Shown: piece by piece, positions 37,693-46,864 of the stretch
Position numbering within the stretch: the first letter of the stretch is position 1
How the letters are laid out: the number at the start of each line of letters is the position of its first letter
NCBI GenBank assembly: GCA_965248695.1
Contig: CBDFKD010000002.1
Location: forward strand, 928,001 to 992,000
Source: Acidobacteriota bacterium
GTDB lineage: Bacteria > Acidobacteriota > UBA890 > WLXD01
Length of the DNA: 64,000 nucleotides
Reading direction: 5' to 3'
Position numbers and translations under genes: made by a program
Notes under the pieces: model-generated
Databases searched by the model: none
What the model was told of the DNA's origin: nothing
Seen by the model: only the letters and a program-made list of their open reading frames with translations

Positions 37693-38886
37693 GTGGATAC
37701 ACCCATGATCCCGGTCGCGAAGCCCTGGCTCGACGACCAGGAATTGGAAGCGGTCCGGCGACCCCTGAAGAGCAGCTGGGTCACACAAGGGCCGGAGGTA
37801 GCGGCCTTCGAAGACGAGTTCGCCACGTACGTCGGGGCTCCTCACGCGTGCGCGGTCTCGAGCTGCACGACAGCATTGCACCTCGCGCTCCATGCCCTCC
37901 AGCTCTGCCCCGGTGACGAGGTCATCACCGCCAGCCACTCCTTCATTGCCACCGCCAACGCGATCCGCTACGTCGGCGCCACCCCGGTGTTCGTCGATAT
38001 CGATTCGGCGACGTACAACATCGATCCCGCGCTGCTGGCTGGCGCCGTTTCGGACCGCACCCGGGCTGTGCTCGCTGTCCATCAGATGGGAATGCCTTGC
38101 GACATTGGGGCCATCGTCGAATTTGCCAATTCACACGGTCTGTTTGTCATCGAAGACGCCGCATGTGCCGTCGGCAGCGAAATCCTCCACGACGGCGATT
38201 GGCATCGGATCGGAAGGCCCGAAGGACACATAGCGTGCTTCTCCTTCCATCCGAGAAAGCTGCTGACGACTGGCGACGGCGGCATGCTGACGACGCGCGA
38301 CGCGGCGCTCGACGCCAAGTTTCGCCTGCTGCGTCAGCACGCGATGAGCGTGCCCGATCAGGTCCGCCACGGATCAAGCGAAGTGATCTTCGAAGAGTAC
38401 TCAGAGCTGGGATTCAACTACCGCATGACCGACATCCAGGCGGCGATTGGTCGGAGCCAACTTCGCAAGTTACCCGTGATGGTAGAGCGCCGGCGCCTGC
38501 AGGCAGAGCGGTATCGGGAACTGCTCGAAGGGGTCTCCGGGCTGGGCCTGCCAGTCGAGCCCGAGTGGGCGCGCACGAACTGGCAGAGCTTCACGGTGCG
38601 GCTCCCGGACGGCGGCGATCAACGAACGATCATGCAAGCGATGCTCGACCGGGGCATCGCCACGCGGCGCGGCATCATGTGCTCGCATCGGGAACCCGCT
38701 TTTAGACTTGAGCCCTGGCGCTGCACTCGCCCCACGGCCTGCCGTGAATGCGAGCCCGGCACCTGCGCCGAGCTGACAAACAGCGAGCAAGCCCAGGACC
38801 GGACGCTGGTACTGCCCCTGTTTCACGATCTGTCGGACGCCGAGATGTCGATCGTCACCGAGACCCTCGAGTCCGTCCTGAATTAG
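37693..38886 (+). CDS. DegT-family aminotransferase (second)
   Basis: SSCTTALHL, IEDAACA, SFHPRKLLTTGDGG, GFNYRMTD. Confidence 0.92.
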   Translation: MDTPMIPVAKPWLDDQELEAVRRPLKSSWVTQGPEVAAFEDEFATYVGAPHACAVSSCTTALHLALHALQLCPGDEVITASHSFIATANAIRYVGATPVFVDIDSATYNIDPALLAGAVSDRTRAVLAVHQMGMPCDIGAIVEFANSHGLFVIEDAACAVGSEILHDGDWHRIGRPEGHIACFSFHPRKLLTTGDGGMLTTRDAALDAKFRLLRQHAMSVPDQVRHGSSEVIFEEYSELGFNYRMTDIQAAIGRSQLRKLPVMVERRRLQAERYRELLEGVSGLGLPVEPEWARTNWQSFTVRLPDGGDQRTIMQAMLDRGIATRRGIMCSHREPAFRLEPWRCTRPTACRECEPGTCAELTNSEQAQDRTLVLPLFHDLSDAEMSIVTETLESVLN

Positions 38887-38916
38887 ACGGCGGTGGGCAC
38901 GGCAGAGCGGACGGAA

Positions 38917-40428
38917 CTAATCGTCAGGAGTCCGCAAGGCTGCAGCGGTGGCAAGCCCTAGCGCCGTCAGCGCCCAAAAGGCTCCTTGCAGTTCGGCGAG
39001 CAGCAGCGGGTGGGAGACCAACGAGAGGGTCAGGAAGGCTACCTGGCCGAAAGCGATGCCCGCGAGGAGGCCTCGCTCGGGCCCATCGGGGCAGCGGACT
39101 GCGGCGCGCAGTATCGTCGCCAAGACCATCGCCAACACGGCCATGAGGGCTACCGCCGCCGGAACGCCGAACTCCGCGGCGTACTGAAGGAAGTAGCTGT
39201 GCGCGTTCTCGACCTCGAGCTCCTCTAGAGCGTAGGCGAGCTCAGAAGTGCCGTAGATGTCGCCGTATTCGACGAGAACCTCGGGGGCAACGACGGCACC
39301 GCTGCTCGGAAAACCCTTGGGGCCGAAACCCCAGATAGGCCGCTCGGCGATCAGATCGGACGCCTTGCTCCACAAGAGCACGCGGCGGGCGAGCAGTGGG
39401 TTCTCGGCGGTCGCCGGGTCGAGAAACTCCCACATTCTCGGGTTGCCGAAGCCGCCCAACGTTCGTTGAACGGAGCCGCGGAGGCTAGAGGATACGACCA
39501 ATCCCACCGGGACCGCGACGAGGAGGACGCTCACCACGCTCGACGCCACCAGCATCCGTCTACCGTGCTTGGATGTCGACACCGTTCGTAGGCTCAGCGC
39601 CAGCCAGGCAAGCGCCGTGACGAGAACCGCCCCGGCCAGGGCCAGCAAACCGCCGCGTGAGTTTGTCTGCAGCAGCACCAGGAAGCTGGCCAGCATCAAC
39701 CCCCCATGCGCCCAAGCCGCCGCTCGACGGCCGGCGTGGAAGCTGCCATAGGCGCGACCGGCCGAGACGCCGATCGCCAGCAGCAGGAACGCGGCGAAGC
39801 TGTGCTCGTCTTGGAAGAACCCCACCAATCCCTCGCCGGTCTGCACACGCTTGTCCGGCCGCACGAACGGGTTGAGGAATGCGAGCTGCAGGAGCGGGCT
39901 GCAAACAGCGACAGCGATTCCGACGGTGAACGCATTGCTCAGCATCGAGCGCCTCGCCGCGTTGTCGAGCCGCTCGACGAACAGCGCCAGGAGCAACAAA
40001 CCCATCGTCGCGATGAGCGCGGCCTGCAAGGGACCCGCCGGAGCCTGGGGATTGAACGTTCCGAGCTCGGCGAACGCGGCGCGCAATTGAAAGCCCAGCT
40101 CGCTCAGCTGTACGTTCCGCAGCAACGCCAGCAAGCTCGACACGGCGATCGTGAGTATCGACAGCCGAATCGCCAACGCGATGCGTCGCGAGAGGCCCCC
40201 GGCGTCCGCCGAACGCGACTCCGGCGAGGCGACGTCGATTCGATGCCACAGAGCGCCGACGAGCAACCCGAACAAGTAGACGAATGCCGTGGAACGGTTG
40301 GCAAGTCCGAGCTGCCAATCGATGCTGGGGGTCACAACGACGACGCCAACCAGAACGCCGAGACCAAGGGAGGGGCGGGCCCGGCCGAGCAGCAATCCGG
40401 CGATGCCGAGCAGCCACGATAGCGTCAC
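38917..40428 (-). CDS. O-antigen ligase (WaaL/Wzy_C)-family membrane protein
   Basis: GTG start overlapping the upstream TGA; TNSRGGLL, RRVLLW...PIWGFG, NAHSYFLQYAAEFG. Confidence 0.8.
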   Translation of the reverse strand: MTLSWLLGIAGLLLGRARPSLGLGVLVGVVVVTPSIDWQLGLANRSTAFVYLFGLLVGALWHRIDVASPESRSADAGGLSRRIALAIRLSILTIAVSSLLALLRNVQLSELGFQLRAAFAELGTFNPQAPAGPLQAALIATMGLLLLALFVERLDNAARRSMLSNAFTVGIAVAVCSPLLQLAFLNPFVRPDKRVQTGEGLVGFFQDEHSFAAFLLLAIGVSAGRAYGSFHAGRRAAAWAHGGLMLASFLVLLQTNSRGGLLALAGAVLVTALAWLALSLRTVSTSKHGRRMLVASSVVSVLLVAVPVGLVVSSSLRGSVQRTLGGFGNPRMWEFLDPATAENPLLARRVLLWSKASDLIAERPIWGFGPKGFPSSGAVVAPEVLVEYGDIYGTSELAYALEELEVENAHSYFLQYAAEFGVPAAVALMAVLAMVLATILRAAVRCPDGPERGLLAGIAFGQVAFLTLSLVSHPLLLAELQGAFWALTALGLATAAALRTPDD

Positions 40429-41690
40429 GGCCTGCCCTGCGCGGCCGGGGAGCACTCCCCGTTCATCACCACGCGGATCAGGTTCGTGTCGCGCATGTCG
40501 ACGGCCAGGAAAGCGGCATCGTCCATCTCCCCGAAGACCTTGTTGGCGAACTCCAGATGATGGTAGTGGAAGCCTCCCCGGTCCGAGTAGAAAGCCATCG
40601 AGTCGACGCCGCAAAACGGCGCCAGATACGAGAGGCCACCGTAGGTGCCGACGAAAGCGCGGGCCCGACTGATCACCTCGGTTTGAACCGCGAGGTTCGT
40701 ACTCGGGTCCATCAAGTGACCGATCGTGTGCAGCCGGGCGCTGCGCACGGGATCGAGGTCGCAGTGGTCGTCCATCGCAAAGCCCGGATTCAGGACGACG
40801 ACCTCGTGACGCTCGGTCAGGTTGGCAAGCATCGCCTCAACGAACCCGCGATTCTCTTTCGTGTCGGGGAACGAGTCGTTGAAGTAGAAACGCACCGCGA
40901 TGTAGTCGTGGGGAAGATCTGTGGCCCATGCCGACGACTCGATGCCCTCGAATCGCTTGAATTTGGAAAACTGTTCGGTCAACCGCACGCTCGCTTGCTG
41001 CTTCCAATAGAGCATGAACAGGTTGTACATCAACGCCGGCTGCAGCACTTCGACTTCGCGTTCGTTCAGCACATCCTTGGCGACTCGCAGGACCTCGCGA
41101 GCGAACTCGGAGGTACTTCGTTGCTTCTGCATGCCTCCCCGACCGCGCTTCGAATTGCTACGCAAATAGTGTTCTGTCGACATGTGGTCGAGGATCTCGA
41201 TGTAGTTGTTAGTGACGTTCCGATACCAGCTGCCCACTCCACCCCGCGAGATCACGAACAGCCGATTGCCGTCGAAGCCGTCATTCGATGCGACCCAGTT
41301 CAAGAACGGGATCCAATAGAGCAGCTCGAATCCGACCTCGCCTAGCCATGGGCCGATAACGATCGGCTTATCGCCCGTGCTCGCCAGGCGGCGGATCTCC
41401 CGGTGCACGGCGTCCGCATGCTGGAGCGCCGTGTCACCCGAGACCACGTGGGGAACTACGTGCCGGCTCACGAAGCCTTTCACCTGCTTGCGCTGCAAGA
41501 AACTCACAAGCCGACGTCGCATCATCTTGCGGAGCGATAACACGAGGTATCCCCAGATACTGTGGTACTTCTGCTTGAATCTCTGCCGCCGACTCGCGAG
41601 CTTCTGTTGCAGAGTCGCCATCGCCGAGAATCGGGCAACAGCGACGTTGATTGCCCTCGACCATGCGGTGCGGGTACCGGCTTTCCGCAC
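40425..41690 (-). CDS. Stand-alone 'domain B' (GT9-like) protein with a basic N-terminal extension
   Basis: IVIGPWLGEVGFELLYWIPF, VRFYFNDSFPD, AFVGTYGGLSY; closely similar to the C-terminal half of the 24638 protein. Confidence 0.7.
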   Translation of the reverse strand: MRKAGTRTAWSRAINVAVARFSAMATLQQKLASRRQRFKQKYHSIWGYLVLSLRKMMRRRLVSFLQRKQVKGFVSRHVVPHVVSGDTALQHADAVHREIRRLASTGDKPIVIGPWLGEVGFELLYWIPFLNWVASNDGFDGNRLFVISRGGVGSWYRNVTNNYIEILDHMSTEHYLRSNSKRGRGGMQKQRSTSEFAREVLRVAKDVLNEREVEVLQPALMYNLFMLYWKQQASVRLTEQFSKFKRFEGIESSAWATDLPHDYIAVRFYFNDSFPDTKENRGFVEAMLANLTERHEVVVLNPGFAMDDHCDLDPVRSARLHTIGHLMDPSTNLAVQTEVISRARAFVGTYGGLSYLAPFCGVDSMAFYSDRGGFHYHHLEFANKVFGEMDDAAFLAVDMRDTNLIRVVMNGECSPAAQGRP

Positions 41691-43285
41691 TAGCTTGTCC
41701 CCGATCGTGGGTGCGTGACGCCGGAGCCGTCGCGTTTGGCGGCGCGACCGCCCTTCTTGCGCCTACGCCCTAGCCTCCGACCAAGGGCCATCATGGACGC
41801 GAACGGATAGGCGGCCGCCCGCACCGGATACAGCCGAAAGCTGAATGGCTGGGGCTTCGGACGTCTGGTGCGACCGAACGCTTCGAGGTCGTCGACGAAC
41901 ACCGTGGTGGCCGAGACATCCAGGCCCAACGGACGAACGAATTCTCGGACGAAGTCCTGGCCCCCGGGCGCCCCTGCCGCCGCGGCCGCGCTCCCGCCGC
42001 CCGTGTCACTGGTCTGGATGCCCGCGGCCATGAGCTGTGCGAGATGCTCGGAGAAGTCCTTGGCTACGCTCAGCAAGCCATCGCCGACACTTACCAGGTA
42101 GTGGAAGTGGAGCGTTCCCGCTTGAGTATCAGCGTTGTCCGGATCGAGGACTGTAAAGACCTGTCGGCCGACGACACCCGCCTCGATCATGCCGCTGGTG
42201 TTGACACCAACGATACCGACGCTGTGATACATCGAATCGAAGTAGTCGGTTCGCGCGCCATCGTCAACGGGATTCGCGCCGCGCGGCGGCCAGACGACCA
42301 CATTGCCGAGCTCGTCGCGATCCAGGCTCTCCCATCTCTGGGCGTTCTCCGGATGAGGGCGTACCAGAACGCCGATATCGCACAGGTCTGGTACACCGCA
42401 CGCACGGATCGCGGTTATCCATCTCTCGATGAAGTCGATCTCATTGGGAGCGATAAAGCGCGATGAGCCAAGGTACAACAGGTACCGCTTGTCAGGAGCG
42501 AGGCCGACCTCGGTCTTGAACTCAGCTGCCGACCTGCTGGGCCGCTGCTCGAACCAGCGGTCGTAAGAGTTGGCGCCGGTCACAACGACGTCGTCGGGAT
42601 CGGCCCCGTGGAGCCTCACGGCCTCGTCCTTCTGAACCGTGTTCCAAACATAGATCCGTTCGGGCATCACTCGAATCAGACCTTTGTTCGTCAAGTTGTC
42701 CCAGCTATGTACGCATAGAGCCGACGCGATGCCGTGGGCTCTGGCGACGTTGACGTAATCGACCTGGTCGGAACCCAGGTCGACCAATGGCGTCACCAGC
42801 ACGAGATCGGGGCTTTGCGAAACGACGTCCTCTTCAATCGAGGGATCGATCGGAACGGCGCGCTCGACGACCCCGAGCAGGCTGCTGACGAAACGATTGA
42901 CCGGCCGCCACCGAAGCAGCGGGAATCTGGTCAGCGGTCGAATCAGTCTCGGCAACCGGATCTCGGCGCGCTCGCGGAGCTTGCGGGCACCGTCGTACTC
43001 CGGAAGTCTGTAACGCAGAAAGTCGCCGAGGAACCGAACCGCCCGCGAGAAGTCGAACCAAGGCGAGCCGGAACGCTTGGGGATCCAGCCAAAGGTGAGC
43101 TTCGGGAACTCGCGACTGAGCCGCGCAACGATGCGGTCGTCCCCTTCGACCACCTGCCCGTCGCCGAGCTTGTCCGGAAGCAAGAACGACAGGTGCAGCT
43201 CATGCCCCTGCTCGCAAAGGGCTCGAATGACCGACTCGAAGTTGCGTATCGCCCCCGAGTGACGCATGGAGAAGAAGATCTTCAT
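41690..43285 (-). CDS. Stand-alone 'domain A' GT-B protein
   Basis: MKIFFSMRHSGAIRNF, HSWDNLTNKG, VRPHPEN; closely similar to the N-terminal half of the 24638 protein. Confidence 0.7.
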   Translation of the reverse strand: MKIFFSMRHSGAIRNFESVIRALCEQGHELHLSFLLPDKLGDGQVVEGDDRIVARLSREFPKLTFGWIPKRSGSPWFDFSRAVRFLGDFLRYRLPEYDGARKLRERAEIRLPRLIRPLTRFPLLRWRPVNRFVSSLLGVVERAVPIDPSIEEDVVSQSPDLVLVTPLVDLGSDQVDYVNVARAHGIASALCVHSWDNLTNKGLIRVMPERIYVWNTVQKDEAVRLHGADPDDVVVTGANSYDRWFEQRPSRSAAEFKTEVGLAPDKRYLLYLGSSRFIAPNEIDFIERWITAIRACGVPDLCDIGVLVRPHPENAQRWESLDRDELGNVVVWPPRGANPVDDGARTDYFDSMYHSVGIVGVNTSGMIEAGVVGRQVFTVLDPDNADTQAGTLHFHYLVSVGDGLLSVAKDFSEHLAQLMAAGIQTSDTGGGSAAAAAGAPGGQDFVREFVRPLGLDVSATTVFVDDLEAFGRTRRPKPQPFSFRLYPVRAAAYPFASMMALGRRLGRRRKKGGRAAKRDGSGVTHPRSGTS

Positions 43286-43305
43286 GCGGGTGCCTTTGTA
43301 ACGAC

Positions 43306-44391
43306 TCAATTCGTGTCGAGATCGATCAGCGGCAAATCGTGCTCGCGAATGTGCTCGAACAGATCGTGGCCCCGCGAGCCGTATTTCATCAGCATTCGGT
43401 ATGCGCTACCGGGGTCGCAAGCCGGAATCTCGGAGCCCTGGTCATTACGCAGGAAGAAGGCATTCACGCCTCGGGGCTCCGTCGTGACCAGCCGGTAACC
43501 CTTCTGCTCAGCGAGTCGGTTGAGAGCCTGAAGGGAGGCACCAAAGTAGATGTGTCTGCCGTCGATGCCGCCCGCGAACCGGTGTCGATCAAACTCGGGA
43601 TCGTACGGAACGACCGCGGCGCGGTCTGGGCCGAACAGCGAGTTATATTCGATGATCACCAGCCGCGGTGAGCAGACCGTCAAGGCCTCCCAAATCCAGT
43701 AGTCGTTGCCGTCGATGTCGTTGCTCAGGAGGTCAATCTCGCCCGAGCAGCCGCCGTCGCGGACGAGGTCGTCGAGGTTCTCGCGGGTGACCCAGTCGCC
43801 AGCGTAGGTGATCCTCCGTGCTCCGAAACGCATCTTCAGCTGGGCTAGGCGAGCCTCGTTGGCCTCGAGCATCATGCCGCTCCACCCGCATTCGCTGGCC
43901 AGAAACCCGGAGTTTCCGCCGTTGGAGCCGGCGCCGATCTCGACGAAGCGGCGCGAGTTCTCGCCGATCTTGTCGAAGATCGCGTGAATGATGCCATCCT
44001 CCTCGTTTTGGGAGAGAAGGCCGAAGCGGCGGGCGGTGAGACGATGGGGGTAAGAAAGCTCATCCGGATCGAGAAACAGGGCGCGTTGAATCGCCCGCGT
44101 CATGATCGAGACACGTCGCATATCGCCCTTCAGCCCACCGGCACCGACCACGCCGACGAGCCGTTCGAGGCGCTTCATCAAACGATGGTTTTGCAGATGG
44201 GTCTCTTTCAGCAGTTCGCGATTGCTCTTCGCTTGTTCCTCGAGCTCCACGAGGCGGTCGAGGATCTCGTTGGCGCTTCGTTGGAGCTCGATGGCCTGCT
44301 TGTCCGGGAGAGCGGTGCCTGGCTCGTACTTTCCCCCGGAGCTTGTGCCGCCCCACCCGAGCAGCGATTTGACTGACCTGGTTACCGACAT
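43306..44391 (-). CDS. SAM-dependent methyltransferase-like protein (FkbM-related) with an N-terminal coiled coil
   Basis: SQNEEDGII, FVEIGAG, DLLSNDIDGNDYWIW, PRLVIIEYN, GASL, GVNAFF. Confidence 0.65.
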   Translation of the reverse strand: MSVTRSVKSLLGWGGTSSGGKYEPGTALPDKQAIELQRSANEILDRLVELEEQAKSNRELLKETHLQNHRLMKRLERLVGVVGAGGLKGDMRRVSIMTRAIQRALFLDPDELSYPHRLTARRFGLLSQNEEDGIIHAIFDKIGENSRRFVEIGAGSNGGNSGFLASECGWSGMMLEANEARLAQLKMRFGARRITYAGDWVTRENLDDLVRDGGCSGEIDLLSNDIDGNDYWIWEALTVCSPRLVIIEYNSLFGPDRAAVVPYDPEFDRHRFAGGIDGRHIYFGASLQALNRLAEQKGYRLVTTEPRGVNAFFLRNDQGSEIPACDPGSAYRMLMKYGSRGHDLFEHIREHDLPLIDLDTN

Positions 44392-44403
44392 AGAAGTTTA
44401 AAA

Positions 44404-44418
44404 TGGCACGCTTTGTGC
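44404..44418 (+). promoter_or_regulatory. Candidate sigma-54 (-24/-12) promoter upstream of the neu-like operon
   Basis: TGGCACG-CTTT-GTGC has exact GG-N10-GC spacing and one mismatch to TGGCACG-N4-TTGC; it lies in a divergent intergenic region after an AT-rich tract. Confidence 0.4.
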
Positions 44419-44717
44419 GCCCTGGCTAGCTGCCAGCTTTGGTTTCAAAGGTCGGCGAACAGCGACGTCGAACATGACCTGGATCCGGGGTGTGGCGGTT
44501 ACATCTGAAAGTTGGACGCCCAGCTGGCGCCAACAGATCGGTTCGTTTGTCAGGCGGTCTGGACTGTTTGCGCCGGCGTCTCTTTCGGCTAGAATTTGCG
44601 GTGCGGAACGCCTCCCTCTTCGACTCTTCTTTCGCAGATCCGGCCTGGCAGCCCGACCTCGACACCGCCGCGGCCCGCAGACGTGCGCGGCTCAAGTGAG
44701 ATCCGAGAAGATCTGTA

Positions 44718-45821
44718 TTGATTCTCACTTTTGAGCAACTTCGAGAGTACCGCGGCAAAGTCGCGATGGTCGACGGCGGTTTCGACCCGCTGCACGCCGG
44801 CCATGTGGCTTACTTCAAGGCCGCTGCCGAGTTGGGGACACCGGTGGTCTGCAATCTCGCGTCCGACCGATACGTGGCGGGTAAGCACGCTCCGTTCTTG
44901 CCCGAAGCTCAGCGCCTGCAGATTGTCGATTCGATCGGCACCATCGACCATGTGCACCTGAACGAGCACGACACCGAGACCATCCTGCGTGAGCTTCAAC
45001 CGAAGTACTACGTCAAGGGCAAGGACTGGGAGGGCCGTCTGCCCCCGGAGCAGGTCGAGATCTGCGCCGATCTCGGAATCGAGGTGGTTTACCTCGACAC
45101 GGTGCTCGAGTCGTCGACGCGCATCCTTGATGAGCACTACCGCTGCCGCGATACGACCCGGCTTGTGGAGGAATTCGAGGAATTCGTCCAGCAGCAGCAA
45201 CCAAGCAGCGCAGACGCATACCACGCGGAGTACTTCACTGAGGGTTGGCGCGACGACGGGCATGCCTACACGCTGGAGTCACGGCGTCAGCGCGAGGCCG
45301 ACCATCCGCAGGTGATCAAGGCCGTCTTCGCACCCGAGCGCGCCCTCGACATCGGTTGCGGGCCCGGGTTCCTGATGCTGTTCTTGCAGGAGCTCGGCAT
45401 CGAAGTAGCGGGCGTCGATCACAGTGCCGACGTGCTGGAGCTGGCCCCGCCCGAGGTACGCGATCGGATCCGAATTGCCGACATCGCCGACGCCAGCATT
45501 GCGGGGGATTCATTCGACCTGGTGATCTGCCGCGAGGTCTTGGAGCACCTGACCCTGCTACAGATACGCGTGGCGGTATCAAACATCTGTCGAGTGTCCT
45601 CCAGGTATGCTTACGTAACTACCCGGTTCAATCGGGATCCTGAGCATCTGTTTTCGGTACAGACGAAGGACGATCTCGATCCCACCCACATTACGCGTAT
45701 GAACAAAGACCTGTTGCGTCTGATGTTCGTGCTCGAAGGCTTCCGCTGCCGGTCGGACCTGGAGGCCAAGATCGATTGGCTCGGCAAGGGCCGGGTGCTG
45801 GTCTACGAGAAGGTGCCCTAG
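44718..45821 (+). CDS. Cytidylyl/adenylyltransferase (RfaE-II/TagD-like) fused to a class I SAM methyltransferase
   Basis: GGFDPLHAGH (HxGH), YVKGKDW; C-terminal LDIGCGPG, FDLVICREVLEH. Confidence 0.82.
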   Translation: MILTFEQLREYRGKVAMVDGGFDPLHAGHVAYFKAAAELGTPVVCNLASDRYVAGKHAPFLPEAQRLQIVDSIGTIDHVHLNEHDTETILRELQPKYYVKGKDWEGRLPPEQVEICADLGIEVVYLDTVLESSTRILDEHYRCRDTTRLVEEFEEFVQQQQPSSADAYHAEYFTEGWRDDGHAYTLESRRQREADHPQVIKAVFAPERALDIGCGPGFLMLFLQELGIEVAGVDHSADVLELAPPEVRDRIRIADIADASIAGDSFDLVICREVLEHLTLLQIRVAVSNICRVSSRYAYVTTRFNRDPEHLFSVQTKDDLDPTHITRMNKDLLRLMFVLEGFRCRSDLEAKIDWLGKGRVLVYEKVP

Positions 45822-45841
45822 CAGGGCACGATCGAAATCCC

Positions 45842-46822
45842 ATGGATAGTGTCCTCAGCTTCCATATGAACGGTCTCACCTGTGGTGTGGCCAAGTTCAA
45901 CCATCGTCTGGCCTCCGAGCTCGGGGTGCCGATTCACCAAATCTTCAACGACGATGCCGGCGGCTGCGCCGAGCCGCTGCTATCGATCAAGATCTCCGAG
46001 TTCAGCCCGCTCGACATCGACCGTCTGGCGCGGCTGCTGGATTCGGTGCCCTGGCGGGGCAGCTACCACATCTTCCTGCACGCCTGGTCGGGGACCGAGA
46101 TCGAGATCCGCATGCTGCGCGAGGCGCGCGCGGTGTTCTGCGGCAACACCGAGCTCGCCGAACAACTGACCGGCTTGCGCCCCGACGTACAGGCGGTGTG
46201 GTGCCCGGGCACTCTCGATGATGCCCGCGAGTTCGACCACTCGGGTCTGACCGTCTTCACTATGGGGATGGCCCACAAGATCCGCGCCCGCCACTACCAC
46301 CGGCTCAAGAATCTGCTCGACGCTACCGGTTCGCCCTACAGTCTCTATCTGTCGACCGCGCTGCACGAGAACACCAGCTTCGACGAAGAGTTCTCGGTGG
46401 CCTTTGAAGAGTTGCAGACGATCTTTGGCGACAGCGTACGTTTTCTCGGCTACCTGTCGGACGGCGCGGTATACAACTACCTCAAACAGACTGACTACTT
46501 CGCCGCATTCTTCGATCGTGGCGTGCGAGCGAACAACACCAGCGTGAACCTGGCGATGCAGTGCAGCTCGGTGGTAATCACCAACCTCGACGAGCACTCG
46601 CCCGGGTCGCTAGTACCGATGCACAACGTCATTGATATCAAGACCTGCGAGACTCTCCCGACGGAACCGGAACTGCTGGCACGGATCGGCCGCAACGCCG
46701 ACCAGATCGTCCACGAGCGCTACAGTTGGAAGGCGCTCGAGCGCAGGCTGCGAGGAGGGCATGAACCGCTTCCGGGAACCGCCATGTCGGCCGGCGCCCA
46801 GGGCGACGAGTTCAACGAGTAG
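45842..46822 (+). CDS. Hypothetical protein, possibly a GT-B glycosyltransferase
   Basis: TCGVAKFN, VRFLGYLSD, AMQCSSVVITN, ERYSW resemble GT4-like elements; operon context. Confidence 0.5.
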   Translation: MDSVLSFHMNGLTCGVAKFNHRLASELGVPIHQIFNDDAGGCAEPLLSIKISEFSPLDIDRLARLLDSVPWRGSYHIFLHAWSGTEIEIRMLREARAVFCGNTELAEQLTGLRPDVQAVWCPGTLDDAREFDHSGLTVFTMGMAHKIRARHYHRLKNLLDATGSPYSLYLSTALHENTSFDEEFSVAFEELQTIFGDSVRFLGYLSDGAVYNYLKQTDYFAAFFDRGVRANNTSVNLAMQCSSVVITNLDEHSPGSLVPMHNVIDIKTCETLPTEPELLARIGRNADQIVHERYSWKALERRLRGGHEPLPGTAMSAGAQGDEFNE

Positions 46823-46864
46823 CAGGCATACTGCCGAGGGTCAGACCGAGAGGCGAGGAATACG

